DNA from: Synechococcus sp. UW140
Lineage (GTDB): Bacteria > Cyanobacteriota > Cyanobacteriia > PCC-6307 > Cyanobiaceae
Length of the DNA stretch: 64,000 nucleotides
Direction of reading: 5' to 3'
Assembly (NCBI GenBank): GCA_945860085.1
Contig: CAMAPJ010000002.1
Location: forward strand, 30,520-94,519
The notes under the pieces are model-generated. The model made no database searches, was not told the origin of the DNA, and was given only the letters and a program-made list of their open reading frames with translations. Positions within the stretch are counted from its first letter, which is position 1. The number at the start of each line of letters is the position of its first letter. The position numbers were made by a program, and so were the translations under genes. Shown piece by piece: positions 36,488 to 45,624 of the stretch.

Positions 36488-36715
36488 ACCGACCAAGGCG
36501 ATAAAATTAAACTGGATCAACAAGTAGGGTGCTCATTAAAAAAAACCAGGCAGGCTCCCGGGGAAATATTATTTTCATTTTTTACAATCAAATCAAACCC
36601 TTTGCAATCTTAAAAAAAAACGAGCAACCAACAGGGCTATGCACTGCCAGGTTGGCAATCGTTCGTAACAAATAGAGAGTTCTTGCTCACTTCTGGGCAA
36701 ACAACCCTTGCAACA

Positions 36716-36750
36716 GGTGCCGAATCAGCCTTGACGGCTGTTTCGGCACC
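36716..36750 (-). terminator. Long stem-loop immediately downstream of the 36764-37345 gene
   Basis: GGTGCCGAA-t-CAGCC-ttgac-GGCTG-t-TTCGGCACC (35 nt). On the minus strand it is followed by the moderately T-rich TGTTGCAAGGGTTGTTTG. Confidence 0.45.
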
Positions 36751-36763
36751 TTGAGCTGAGCGC

Positions 36764-37345
36764 TCAACCAATCGCTTCGGCGTGGTTCACCAGCAGGTGA
36801 TGCACCTCGTCGAGGCCTTCGCTTGCCACCTGACGAGCCAGGTCGCCGGGGGCGTCGCTTGTGTCCACCAGGGCAGCCGCCATGCGCTCGATCAGGGCCT
36901 GACGCTGACTGGTGAGATAGCTGATCAGCTCCTGCTCGATCAGATGGCGTACGGCCCGGCCGCGCAGGCTGTTCTGGTCAGCTTCTGCAAGGGTGCCCTG
37001 GACCAGCTCCTTGACGAACAGGCGTTGAACTTCCGTGCTGCGCAGGAAGCTTTCCATCGCATTGATGGCCCCGTCGACCACGGTGCGCTCTACCTCGGCA
37101 GGTTCTTCGTTGAGCTTGAACTCCCAGTCAAGGTGACGCCGCTGCCAACCCTGCTGCTGCAGGTTGGGCATAACGGTCTGACAGAAGCTATCGACGGAAA
37201 TTTCATAAACCCGCTCCGCTAGCCGCTCGCACCAGTCGGGACCGTGGGCGTGCAGGTTGTCGCGCAGGACTTCACGCTCCACAGCATGGCCGCCGTGGTG
37301 GCTGTGACAGACGCCATCGGGGCATTCGACCGCCGTGATCGCCAT
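36764..37345 (-). CDS. Hypothetical protein with Cys/His-rich N-terminus
   Basis: The ATG at 37345 gives MAITAVECPDGVCHSHHGGHAVEREVLRDNLHAHGPDWCERL.... The remainder looks helical. No recognisable family. Confidence 0.55.
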   Translation of the reverse strand: MAITAVECPDGVCHSHHGGHAVEREVLRDNLHAHGPDWCERLAERVYEISVDSFCQTVMPNLQQQGWQRRHLDWEFKLNEEPAEVERTVVDGAINAMESFLRSTEVQRLFVKELVQGTLAEADQNSLRGRAVRHLIEQELISYLTSQRQALIERMAAALVDTSDAPGDLARQVASEGLDEVHHLLVNHAEAIG

Positions 37346-37504
37346 TGGGAAAGAATCGCAGAGTTCAAACCATGCCTTAGCCAGGACCCGAACTGCGGGC
37401 AACAGGTCAACGGATTGGGGCGGCAATTGTGCGGGTGTGCGCACAAATCAGTCGAATCGCTTGTCTTGTCAGTGGCCAGAGACGATCACTAATAGAGACA
37501 GCTC

Positions 37505-37510
37505 AAGGAG
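37505..37510 (+). promoter_or_regulatory. Shine-Dalgarno AAGGAG for pntAA
   Basis: AAGGAG lies 8 nt upstream of the in-frame TTG at 37519. Confidence 0.5.
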
Positions 37511-37518
37511 AGCTTGGT

Positions 37519-38694
37519 TTGACGACTGTGTTAATTGCCCGCGAGCGGCGGGCTGGTGAAACTCGGGTGGCGGCCACACCGGAAACGGTGAAACGGCTGA
37601 TCGGCCTGGGGTGCGGTGTTGTTGTGGAGCAGGGGGCCGGCCTAGCCGCTGGCTACCCGGAGGCCGCCTACAGCGACGCCGGAGCTGAGCTCTTCGATGG
37701 CGGCGCTCCCGAGGCGGCCGATCGCTGGGCCGCTGCGGACGTGCTCCTAGCCGTCCAGGCGCCCCAGGTTGCCCCAGGCTCGGCAGCGGGCCTGGCCCAG
37801 CTGAGGCCCGGGGCCCTGGTAATGGGCCTGCTCGACCCGTTTGCCAATCGGGACCTAGTCGCGACCCTGCTGGAGCGTCAGCTCTCGGCCATCGCCCTGG
37901 AACTGCTGCCTCGCATCAGCCGGGCCCAAGCGATGGATGCCCTCTCGTCCCAGGCCAACATCGCCGGCTACAAGGCGGCTCTCCAGGCTGCAGCGGCCCT
38001 GGATCGCTTCTTCCCGATGCTGATGACCGCCGCAGGCACGGTGCAACCGGCCAAGGTGGTGGTGCTCGGGGCCGGTGTGGCAGGCCTGCAGGCTGTGGCC
38101 ACGGCCCGCAGGCTTGGGGCCCTGGTCAAGGTCAGTGACGTGCGCCCCGCCGCACGGGAACAGGTGGAATCCCTGGGGGCCCGCTTCATCGAACCCCCTG
38201 TGATGGAACAAAGCCCCGGCGAATCCGGCGGCTACGCCAAGGAAGCTGGGGTTGTGTTTCTTGAGGCCCAGCGCCAGCTTCTTGCGCCCCACCTAGCCGA
38301 AGCCGATGTGGTGATCACCACCGCCCTGGTACCGGGCCGGCCGGCGCCTCTACTGATCACCCGCGACATGCTCGGCCTGCTGCGGCCGGGCGCCGTGGTG
38401 ATGGACCTGGCCGTGGGCCAGGGCGGCAACTGCGCCGCCAGCCAGCCGGACCGGGAAACCATCGTCGATGGAGTCCGCGTCATTGGCGCTGGCAATTTGC
38501 CGGCCTCGGTGCCCTTCCATGCCAGCTCCCTCTATTCCCGCAACCTGATGGCCCTGCTCGAATACGTGATCAAGCAAGGAGGCCCCGCCGAACTGGATCC
38601 GGCCGATCCCCTGATCGATCCCTGTCTCATTACCCACCAGGGCCAGTGCCGACGTGCCGACCTCAGCCCCGTGGCCCAGGAGGTGGCGGCATGA
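37519..38694 (+). CDS. pntA: NAD(P) transhydrogenase subunit alpha part 1
   Basis: LTTVLIARERRAGETRVAATPETVKRLIGLG is the typical N-terminus. NAD-binding motif VVVLGAGVAGLQAVATARRLGA. TTG start with Shine-Dalgarno sequence. The ORF is open from 37429. Confidence 0.9.
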   Translation: MTTVLIARERRAGETRVAATPETVKRLIGLGCGVVVEQGAGLAAGYPEAAYSDAGAELFDGGAPEAADRWAAADVLLAVQAPQVAPGSAAGLAQLRPGALVMGLLDPFANRDLVATLLERQLSAIALELLPRISRAQAMDALSSQANIAGYKAALQAAAALDRFFPMLMTAAGTVQPAKVVVLGAGVAGLQAVATARRLGALVKVSDVRPAAREQVESLGARFIEPPVMEQSPGESGGYAKEAGVVFLEAQRQLLAPHLAEADVVITTALVPGRPAPLLITRDMLGLLRPGAVVMDLAVGQGGNCAASQPDRETIVDGVRVIGAGNLPASVPFHASSLYSRNLMALLEYVIKQGGPAELDPADPLIDPCLITHQGQCRRADLSPVAQEVAA

Positions 38695-38987
38695 GTGACT
38701 TCTCCTTGAACGAAGCCCTCTGGGTGTTGCTGCTCGGCAGCCTCCTCGGCTTCGAGCTGATCGGCAAGGTCCCCCCAACCCTGCATACCCCCCTGATGTC
38801 CGGGGCGAACGCGATCAGCGGCATCACCCTGCTGGCTGCCCTGGCCCTGATCGGCCAGGCCCCCTCGCCGCCCCTGCAGGCCCTCGGGGCCGTGGCCCTG
38901 GGCTTTGCCCTTTTCAACGTGATCGGTGGCTTCCTGGTCACCGATCGCATGCTCGCCATGTTCCGTCGCCGCGGAGGTGCCGCTTGA
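38691..38987 (+). CDS. pntA: NAD(P) transhydrogenase subunit alpha part 2 (membrane)
   Basis: ATGA overlap with the preceding gene. MSDFSLNEALWVLLLGSLLGFELIGKVPPTLHTPLMSGANAISGI. Confidence 0.9.
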   Translation: MSDFSLNEALWVLLLGSLLGFELIGKVPPTLHTPLMSGANAISGITLLAALALIGQAPSPPLQALGAVALGFALFNVIGGFLVTDRMLAMFRRRGGAA

Positions 38988-40387
38988 ACCAGTTGCTGCT
39001 TGATCTCACGGCCGTGTTGCTGCTGGCCCTTGGCCTGCGCGGTTTGGCCAAATTACGCACAGCCCGTACGGCCAATGGCCTCGCTGCCCTGGCCATTGGC
39101 CTGGCGGTGGTGGGGCTGTTACTCAACCAGGGACTGGCCGGCTGGCCCTGGATGCTGGGCGGGCTCGCCCTCGGCGGTGGCATCGGTGTGGTGCTAGCCC
39201 TTCGGGTGCCGATGACCGCCATGCCTGAAACCGTCGCCCTGTTCAACGGCTGCGGCGGCATGGCCTCCCTGCTGGTGGCCCTTGGGGTCGTGGGCCTGCC
39301 GGGCCCCATGGGCCTGCTGGCGACCGTATCGGTGCTGGCGTCGGTGGTGGTGGGCGCGATCACCTTCAGCGGCTCGCTGGTGGCGATGGCCAAATTGCAG
39401 GAATGGCTCGATACGCCGGCTTGGACCCAGCGCCAGGCCCGCCACGCGGTCAACATCACCCTGGCCGTGGCCTGCCTGGTCTGCTGCGTGGTGGTGGTTC
39501 AGGGCCAGCTCTTGGGCCTAGCCCCGTTGACGCTCCTGGCCCTGTTGCTGGGCATTGGCCTCACCTTGCCGATCGGCGGGGCTGACATGCCCGTGGTGAT
39601 TTCCCTGCTCAACTCCTATTCGGGTGTGGCCGCCGCCGCCGCCGGTTTCGTAGTGGGCAGTGCCCTATTGATCGTGGCTGGCGCCATGGTCGGCGCCGCC
39701 GGCCTGATCCTCACCCAAGTGATGTGTACGGCCATGAACCGCTCCCTGACCTCGGTGCTGTTTGGCGGTGCCCTGGGCGCCAGCTCAGCTGCCGCGGGTG
39801 GCGACAAGGAGGCTGAGTCCTATGGACGCATCACCAGCTGCAGCGCCGAAGAATGCGCCATGGCCCTGGAGCAGGCCGAGCGGGTGGTGTTTGTGCCTGG
39901 CTATGGCCTGGCTGTGGCCCAAGCCCAGCACAGCCTGCGGGAACTGGCCCGCCTGCTGGAGGGCCATGGGGTGGAGGTGAGCTATGCGATCCACCCGGTG
40001 GCAGGCCGCATGCCCGGTCACATGAACGTGTTGCTGGCCGAGGCCGATGTGCCCTACGACCAGCTGATCGAGATGGACGTGATCAACCCCGAGTTCCCAC
40101 GTACGGATGTGGTGATCGTGCTGGGGGCCAATGATGTGGTGAATCCCCAGGCCAAAAACGACCCGACCAGCCCCCTGTTCGGCATGCCCGTGCTTGAGGT
40201 GGACCAGGCCCGCTCGGTCTATGTGGTCAAGCGGGGCCTGGGGGCCGGCTACGCCGGCATCAAGAACGGTCTGTTCGAGCTGCCCCAGACCGCCATGGTC
40301 TTTGGCGATGCCAAGGCCGTGATCAATGGCCTGATCACCGAACTGCGCGGCCTGGGCGTGGGCAAAAAAGCCCTGGCCACGGTCTGA
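38984..40387 (+). CDS. pntB: NAD(P) transhydrogenase subunit beta
   Basis: Multi-TM N-terminal half plus dIII domain motifs PGYGLAVAQAQH, AIHPVAGRMPGHMNVLLAEA and VIVLGANDVVNP. Confidence 0.93.
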   Translation: MNQLLLDLTAVLLLALGLRGLAKLRTARTANGLAALAIGLAVVGLLLNQGLAGWPWMLGGLALGGGIGVVLALRVPMTAMPETVALFNGCGGMASLLVALGVVGLPGPMGLLATVSVLASVVVGAITFSGSLVAMAKLQEWLDTPAWTQRQARHAVNITLAVACLVCCVVVVQGQLLGLAPLTLLALLLGIGLTLPIGGADMPVVISLLNSYSGVAAAAAGFVVGSALLIVAGAMVGAAGLILTQVMCTAMNRSLTSVLFGGALGASSAAAGGDKEAESYGRITSCSAEECAMALEQAERVVFVPGYGLAVAQAQHSLRELARLLEGHGVEVSYAIHPVAGRMPGHMNVLLAEADVPYDQLIEMDVINPEFPRTDVVIVLGANDVVNPQAKNDPTSPLFGMPVLEVDQARSVYVVKRGLGAGYAGIKNGLFELPQTAMVFGDAKAVINGLITELRGLGVGKKALATV

Positions 40388-40421
40388 TCCGGGTCAGGGT
40401 CTGATCCGGGTCAGGGTCTGA
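40381..40421 (+). repeat. 17-nt tandem duplication (ggtctgatccgggtcag x2.4) that includes the pntB stop codon
   Basis: Units at 40381-40397 and 40398-40414, with a partial unit at 40415-40421. The pntB TGA is at 40385-40387. Confidence 0.9.
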
Positions 40422-40513
40422 ACCGCGGCCAGGGCTGGACTGGCCTTGGGCAATCGCCCGTCAAGCGCCCGGCATCAAACCCGACCTGGCCAGCGGCTTG
40501 CTTGCTCCAAACG

Positions 40514-40547
40514 GCGACGCCCATCTAATGGGCGTCGCTTTTTTTTG
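40514..40547 (+). terminator. Strong rho-independent terminator
   Basis: GCGACGCCC-atctaat-GGGCGTCGC followed by T8. Lies 127 nt downstream of the pntB stop. Confidence 0.8.
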
Positions 40548-40617
40548 GACATGGGAGCGTTGATGCCGCGAGCTGACGATAAAGCCAACTGTTATTTGAG
40601 ACAGCTCTCAATCGCAA

Positions 40618-40668
40618 CAGCCTCCGATTGAAGCAGCCTCCGATTGAAGCAGCCTCCGATTGAAGCAG
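40618..40668 (+). repeat. 16-nt tandem repeat (cagcctccgattgaag x3.2)
   Basis: Units at 40618-40633, 40634-40649 and 40650-40665, plus cag. About 65 nt upstream of the hydrolase start. Confidence 0.9.
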
Positions 40669-40733
40669 CGAGGCCCCTGCGGTCCCTTACTTGGCCCTTA
40701 ACGAGCTGACTCACTGACAAGCTGACCATCGAG

Positions 40734-41912
40734 ATGAAGCGTCCTGCCTTGGAGTCGCCACTGGCCGCGCAGCTGGGACTGCCCCCCTTTCGAGAGCGTT
40801 TTCCCTGGTGGGGCGCCGATCTCCAGACCCTGCATGACACGTTGCGGCCGGCCGAGCTGGCCCCCGAACAGGGCCAGCCCGTACTCACCGATCTTGACCA
40901 AGGCGACCGGCTGCTCTCCATGCTCGATCTGCCCCAGGCGCTGGGCTCGGACCGAGCCAGTGGCCCGCCCGAGATAGCCAGCGATGCGTTGGACCGAGCC
41001 AGGGCCCTCGTGGTGGTGCTCCATGGCCTGGGCGGATCGAGCCAGGCCATTGGCGTGCGGCGCCTCGCCCAGCTACTGCAGCGAAACGGCTTTGCCGTGC
41101 TGCGACCCAACCTGCGCGGGGCGGGACCGAGCCGGCCCCTGGCCCGGGGGTCCTACGCCGCCCAGTGCAATCGCGACCTGCTGCCCCTGCTCGCCCAGGC
41201 CCGGCGCCTGGCGGCTGGGCGCCCCCTGCTGGCCGTTGGCCTGTCCCTGGGCGGAACCGTCTTGCTCAATGGCTGCCTGGCCCAGGATTCGATCGGCTCG
41301 CCTGCCTCGAGCCCCCCTGCCCTGCCGCTGCTCGATGGGCTGGCCTGTGTCAGCAGCCCCCTGGATCTGGTCGCCTGCTCGGCCCAGATCGACCAGCCCC
41401 GCAACCGCCTATATCAGCGCTGGCTGCTGCAGCGGCTCCACCGCCAGATACAACATGATCCCTTTGACGCTTTAGAGCGGCCCCATACTGGCCCTGAACT
41501 AAGCGCTCAAGAGCCGCCTGGGCGGGGGACGGCCCTGGGGGTGGGGCAGGCAGCGACGATCCGCAGCTTCGATGCCCAGATCACCGCACCTCGCTGGGGC
41601 TACGACTCCGTGGACGCCTATTACGCCGAGGCCAGTCCCTTGAGGCGGTTGCTGCTCCGTGCGCAGGCCCGGAAGCCCCTGCTGCCTGCCAGCCTCTGGC
41701 TGCATGCCAGCGATGATCCCTGGGTGCCGGTCTGCGGCACCCAGGGCCTTGCAGCAGCCCTAGCAAACCAGCAGTCGCCGGCGGCTTCTGTGCTGATCAC
41801 CGCTTGCGGCGGCCATAACGGCTTCCATGGCCATAGCGATCCGCGCTGGGCCAGCTGGAGCGACCGCTTGGTGCTGGCCTGGTTGGGCCAGCTGGTGGGA
41901 CGACCCGACTGA
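40734..41912 (+). CDS. Alpha/beta-fold hydrolase (YheT-like)
   Basis: VVVLHGLGGSS, nucleophile elbow GLSLGG, and late DDPWV and GGHNGF segments. Confidence 0.85.
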   Translation: MKRPALESPLAAQLGLPPFRERFPWWGADLQTLHDTLRPAELAPEQGQPVLTDLDQGDRLLSMLDLPQALGSDRASGPPEIASDALDRARALVVVLHGLGGSSQAIGVRRLAQLLQRNGFAVLRPNLRGAGPSRPLARGSYAAQCNRDLLPLLAQARRLAAGRPLLAVGLSLGGTVLLNGCLAQDSIGSPASSPPALPLLDGLACVSSPLDLVACSAQIDQPRNRLYQRWLLQRLHRQIQHDPFDALERPHTGPELSAQEPPGRGTALGVGQAATIRSFDAQITAPRWGYDSVDAYYAEASPLRRLLLRAQARKPLLPASLWLHASDDPWVPVCGTQGLAAALANQQSPAASVLITACGGHNGFHGHSDPRWASWSDRLVLAWLGQLVGRPD

Positions 41913-41948
41913 GCAGCGGACCTGGGGAGAGCGGGCATCCCCTCGGCT

Positions 41949-42299
41949 TCAGGCTTGCGCTTGCAGGCCCTCAAACGGCTGTCTCTGCACGATCCAGGCC
42001 TCGATCGGCTGGCCGCCGACCACGTGCTCGGTCACGATCCGCTCGATCCGCTCCGGTGTGACGCCGCCATAGACGATCCCCTCGGGCCAGATCAACAACA
42101 GCGGCCCGTCGCGGCAGATCCTCAGGCAGTCGGCCTTGGTGCGAAGCACGATCCCGCCGGGGCGGCCAGGGGTCTCCAGACCCAGCTGACGCACTAGGAG
42201 CTTGAGCCGCTCCCAGCTGGCCAACCCCACCGCCGGATCCTTGGGGCAGCAGAGGTTGTGGGTGGGGGTGGCGCAGAGCAGCAGGTGATGGGCGATCAC
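41949..42299 (-). CDS. Thioredoxin-like [2Fe-2S] ferredoxin-family protein
   Basis: MIAHHLLLCATPTHNLCCPKD...KADCLRICRDGPLLLIWPEGIVYGGVTPERIERIV, with a four-Cys pattern including CxxxC. Confidence 0.7.
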   Translation of the reverse strand: MIAHHLLLCATPTHNLCCPKDPAVGLASWERLKLLVRQLGLETPGRPGGIVLRTKADCLRICRDGPLLLIWPEGIVYGGVTPERIERIVTEHVVGGQPIEAWIVQRQPFEGLQAQA

Positions 42300-42425
42300 G
42301 ATCAGGCGGGATCAGGGGGGATCAGGGGACTGAAGCTGGCCTCGTGACACTGGCATCGAGACAACGGGACGTGGAGGCCAGGGCCCCGCTGATTCAACAG
42401 GAAGCTGGCTCAAGCGGAAGCTGGT

Positions 42426-43676
42426 TCAACCGGCTGCCGCCACCACCGGGCGAGCGGCCGATCCGGCTGCAGCCTCACGCACCGCCTGGCGGGCCCAGGC
42501 ATCGGTGGCCAGCACATCGGACAGGGCGGGGTCGGCCTTGAGGTCAACCCGGTGGCGATCACAGACCCGCTCAATCAGCTTGGGAATGTCCACGAAGGCG
42601 ATCTGTTCATCGAGGAACAGGGCCACGGCTTCTTCGTTGGCGGCATTGAGGGCCGCCGGCATGGTGCCCCCGGCCCGGCCGGCCGCATAGGCCAGCTGCA
42701 TGCAGGGGTATTTGGCGGGATCCGGCTGGCGGAAGCTGAGCTGGCCCACCTCGGTGAGATCGAGGCGGCGCCAGGGCGTCTCCAGCCGCTGGGGCCAGCT
42801 GAGGCAATAGAGGATCGGCAGCTTCATATCGGGCCAGCCCAGCTGGGCCAGCACCGAAGAATCGACCAGTTCCACCATCGAATGGATGATCGATTGGGGG
42901 TGGATGATAATTTCGATCTGGTCGTAATCGATGCCGAAAAGATAGTGGGCCTCGATCACTTCGAGCCCCTTGTTCATCAAGCTGGCGGAATCGACCGTGA
43001 TCTTGCGGCCCATGCTCCAGTTGGGATGGCTGGTGGCATCGGCCACCGTGGCCTTCACCAGGTCAGCGGCATCCCAGTCGCGGAAGGCGCCACCGGAGGC
43101 AGTGAGCTGGATGCGGCGCAGGCCGGGGGTGGGGATGCCCGTGGAGAGACGGGCGGTATCGGCCCAGGGGGTTCCCTGCAGGCACTGAAAAATGGCCGAG
43201 TGCTCGGAATCGGCCGGCAGCAGCCGCGAGCCGGAGCGGGCCAACTCAGGCAACACCACCGGGCCGGCGGCAATCAGGGTTTCCTTATTGGCCAGGGCCA
43301 GGTCCTTACCGGCCCGGATGGCAGCAAGCGTGGGCAGAAGGCCGGCGCAGCCGACGATGCCGGTGACAACCAGATCGGCCGTGGGCCAGGCGGCGGCAGC
43401 GCAAAGGCCATCGGAGCCGCCGAGCAATTCCGGTAGGCGAGCGGGGCGCTCCTGGGGTGCCAGGGCCAGCAAGCGTTCGCGCAAGCTCGCTACCAGCTCG
43501 CCATCGGCCAGGGCCACCACCTCAGGGTGATACCGCTGGATCTGGCGGATCAGCAGGTCGAGGTTGCGGCCGGCGGTGAGGGCCACCACCTTGAAGCGAT
43601 CGGGAAAGTCATCGACGATCTCCAGGGTCTGGGTGCCGATCGAGCCCGTGGATCCCAGCACGCTGAGGGCTTTCAC
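42426..43676 (-). CDS. dxr: 1-deoxy-D-xylulose 5-phosphate reductoisomerase
   Basis: The GTG at 43676 gives [21 protein letters not shown]. Also [17 protein letters not shown] and HPNWSMG. The upstream 112 codons of the ORF track entry are a spurious extension. Confidence 0.93.
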   Translation of the reverse strand: MKALSVLGSTGSIGTQTLEIVDDFPDRFKVVALTAGRNLDLLIRQIQRYHPEVVALADGELVASLRERLLALAPQERPARLPELLGGSDGLCAAAAWPTADLVVTGIVGCAGLLPTLAAIRAGKDLALANKETLIAAGPVVLPELARSGSRLLPADSEHSAIFQCLQGTPWADTARLSTGIPTPGLRRIQLTASGGAFRDWDAADLVKATVADATSHPNWSMGRKITVDSASLMNKGLEVIEAHYLFGIDYDQIEIIIHPQSIIHSMVELVDSSVLAQLGWPDMKLPILYCLSWPQRLETPWRRLDLTEVGQLSFRQPDPAKYPCMQLAYAAGRAGGTMPAALNAANEEAVALFLDEQIAFVDIPKLIERVCDRHRVDLKADPALSDVLATDAWARQAVREAAAGSAARPVVAAAG

Positions 43677-43799
43677 AGGCGGATCGGCAAGAGTGGCGGC
43701 CAGTCTCCCACCGGGCCCGCAATCCGGGCCCCAGCTCGCTCGGCGATGGGAGAAAGGCTTAACTGGGGTCCTTGTCCCCCACCGGTTAGGGCTGCCCTG

Positions 43800-44042
43800 A
43801 TGCCCGCTTTCTTGGCCTCCCTGCAGGGATGGTCGCAGCGCTGGAATTTCATCGAGCGGGCCAAGCTGGAGCGCCAGCTCTGGGAAGCCTTCGAACGCGG
43901 CGAAGCTCTGGAGGCCTTGGTGGAGCAATGCCCGCCCGGCTTTCAGAAGGAGGTGTGGACCACCACCTTGGTGCGCATTCGCAAGATCGAGACGATGATG
44001 CAGGGCCAACAAGCCCCGGCGGCCAAACCGGACTCGGACTAG
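43800..44042 (+). CDS. Small conserved hypothetical protein (80 aa)
   Basis: The ATG at 43800 gives [64 protein letters not shown]. Divergent from dxr. Confidence 0.5.
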   Translation: MPAFLASLQGWSQRWNFIERAKLERQLWEAFERGEALEALVEQCPPGFQKEVWTTTLVRIRKIETMMQGQQAPAAKPDSD

Positions 44043-44119
44043 ATCAAGCCCTGATCAACAAGGAATGGAGCCAGAGCCCCAGCTCGATTCCCTGGGCCAA
44101 GGCTGCTCGCCTCACCCCA

Positions 44120-45577
44120 TCAGCTCCGCAGCCACTCGGTGAGGCCTCCCGGTTTGTCGATCAGTTCGATTCCCTTGTCTTGAAGGTTGGCGCGGATGCG
44201 ATCGGCTTCGGCATAGTTTTTTGCCGCCTTGGCCGCCTGCCGGGCTGCAATCGCCTCGGTGATGTCCTGATCGCTGGCAGCATCGCCAGCCCCACCCTCT
44301 TGGCCTGACGCCCCTTCCGGCCTGAGGCCCAGGACGCCGGCCAGGTCCAACAACAGCCTGGCCTCGGCTTGCAGGGCCAGCGCCGCGCCAGCGGCCGCTA
44401 CATCGCCCCGCTCGCTGCGATTGGCCAGGGCGCGCAGGGGTCTGGCCAGCTCGAACAGCACAGCTAGGGCCGCGGCCGTGTTGAGGTCGTCGTCCATGGC
44501 AGCGACAAAGCGCCGGCGAGAGTCGGCCAGCTCGCTCGCCGGCTCTGGGAGCGAGCTGGCCCCTTGTTCCGCTGCCAGCTGCGCCGCCAGTTGCAGGGCA
44601 GCATTGAGCCCCTTCCAGCCCGTGGCAGCCGCGGCTAGGGCCTCAGCGCTGAAGTCAAGCGGTTTGCGGTAGTGGGCCTGCAGCACGAACAGGCGCAGGG
44701 TCATCGCCGAAACGCCACTGGCGAGTAGGGCCCGGATCGTGGTGAAGTTGCCCAGGGATTTGGACATCTTTTCGCCGCCCACATTGACCATGCCGTTGTG
44801 CAGCCACCAGCGGGCCAGGGGCTTACCCGTGGCCGCCTCCGACTGGGCGATCTCATTTTCGTGGTGGGGAAAGATCAGATCGGCGCCACCGAGATGGATA
44901 TCGATCGTGTCTCCCAGTTCCTGGCGCACCATGGCGGAGCATTCGATATGCCAACCGGGCCGGCCCGGGCCCCAGGGGGAGGGGAAACTGGGCTCGCCCG
45001 GTTTGGACCCTTTCCAGAGGGCGAAATCGAAGGGGTGGTGTTTGCGGGCTTCCTCGCTGCCGGAGACGCGGCCATCGGCGTTCTGCTGTTGCTCAGAGAG
45101 ATCGCGGCCCGAGAGTTTGCCGTAGCCGGCGTGTTTCATCACGGCGAAATAGACATCGCCATCGGCGCCATAGGCCGCCCCCTTGGCTTGCAATTCGCCA
45201 ATCAGGTCGCGGATCGCATCGAGGCTCTGGGTGGCCCGGGGCATGCGATCGGCCGGCAGGATGTTGAGGGCGGCCATATCGGCCACAAAAGCGTCAATGT
45301 TGCGCTCACTCACCACCTCCATGGAGCTGCCTTCCTCGGCGGCCCGTTTGAGAATCTTGTCGTCGATGTCGGTGTAGTTCTGCACGAACGTCACCTGGTA
45401 GCCGCTCCAGAGCAGGTAGCGGCGCAGCACGTCCCAGGCGATGTAACTGCGGGCGTGGCCCAGGTGGCAGAGGTCGTAGACCGTGACCCCACAGCAATAC
45501 ATCGACACCTGGCCGGCTTGCAGCGGCTCAAACGCTTCGCTGCGGCGGGTGAGGGAGTTGGTGAGCCGCAGGGTCAC
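44120..45577 (-). CDS. cysS: Cysteinyl-tRNA synthetase
   Basis: The GTG at 45577 gives [12 protein letters not shown]. Also [17 protein letters not shown] (HIGH motif) and KMSKSLGN. Confidence 0.93.
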   Translation of the reverse strand: MTLRLTNSLTRRSEAFEPLQAGQVSMYCCGVTVYDLCHLGHARSYIAWDVLRRYLLWSGYQVTFVQNYTDIDDKILKRAAEEGSSMEVVSERNIDAFVADMAALNILPADRMPRATQSLDAIRDLIGELQAKGAAYGADGDVYFAVMKHAGYGKLSGRDLSEQQQNADGRVSGSEEARKHHPFDFALWKGSKPGEPSFPSPWGPGRPGWHIECSAMVRQELGDTIDIHLGGADLIFPHHENEIAQSEAATGKPLARWWLHNGMVNVGGEKMSKSLGNFTTIRALLASGVSAMTLRLFVLQAHYRKPLDFSAEALAAAATGWKGLNAALQLAAQLAAEQGASSLPEPASELADSRRRFVAAMDDDLNTAAALAVLFELARPLRALANRSERGDVAAAGAALALQAEARLLLDLAGVLGLRPEGASGQEGGAGDAASDQDITEAIAARQAAKAAKNYAEADRIRANLQDKGIELIDKPGGLTEWLRS

Positions 45578-45624
45578 GGGCGTCAGATCAAGGGCTAGGA
45601 CGGCTGGACCGTAAGGCCCATCCC

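Noticed and set aside
40381-40668. Tandem repeats as a possible CRISPR array
   Set aside because: The units (17 nt and 16 nt) are directly abutting with no spacers. They are too short and too few, and no cas genes are present in the window.
40592-41110. 172-aa minus-strand ORF
   Set aside because: It overlaps the alpha/beta hydrolase gene and its repeat-containing upstream region on the opposite strand. Its composition is Ser/Arg/Pro/Trp-rich, with no motifs.
43677-44012. 112-codon N-terminal extension of dxr in the ORF track
   Set aside because: The Dxr family N-terminus ([17 protein letters not shown]) begins at the GTG at 43676. The extension overlaps the divergent small gene and has junk-like composition.
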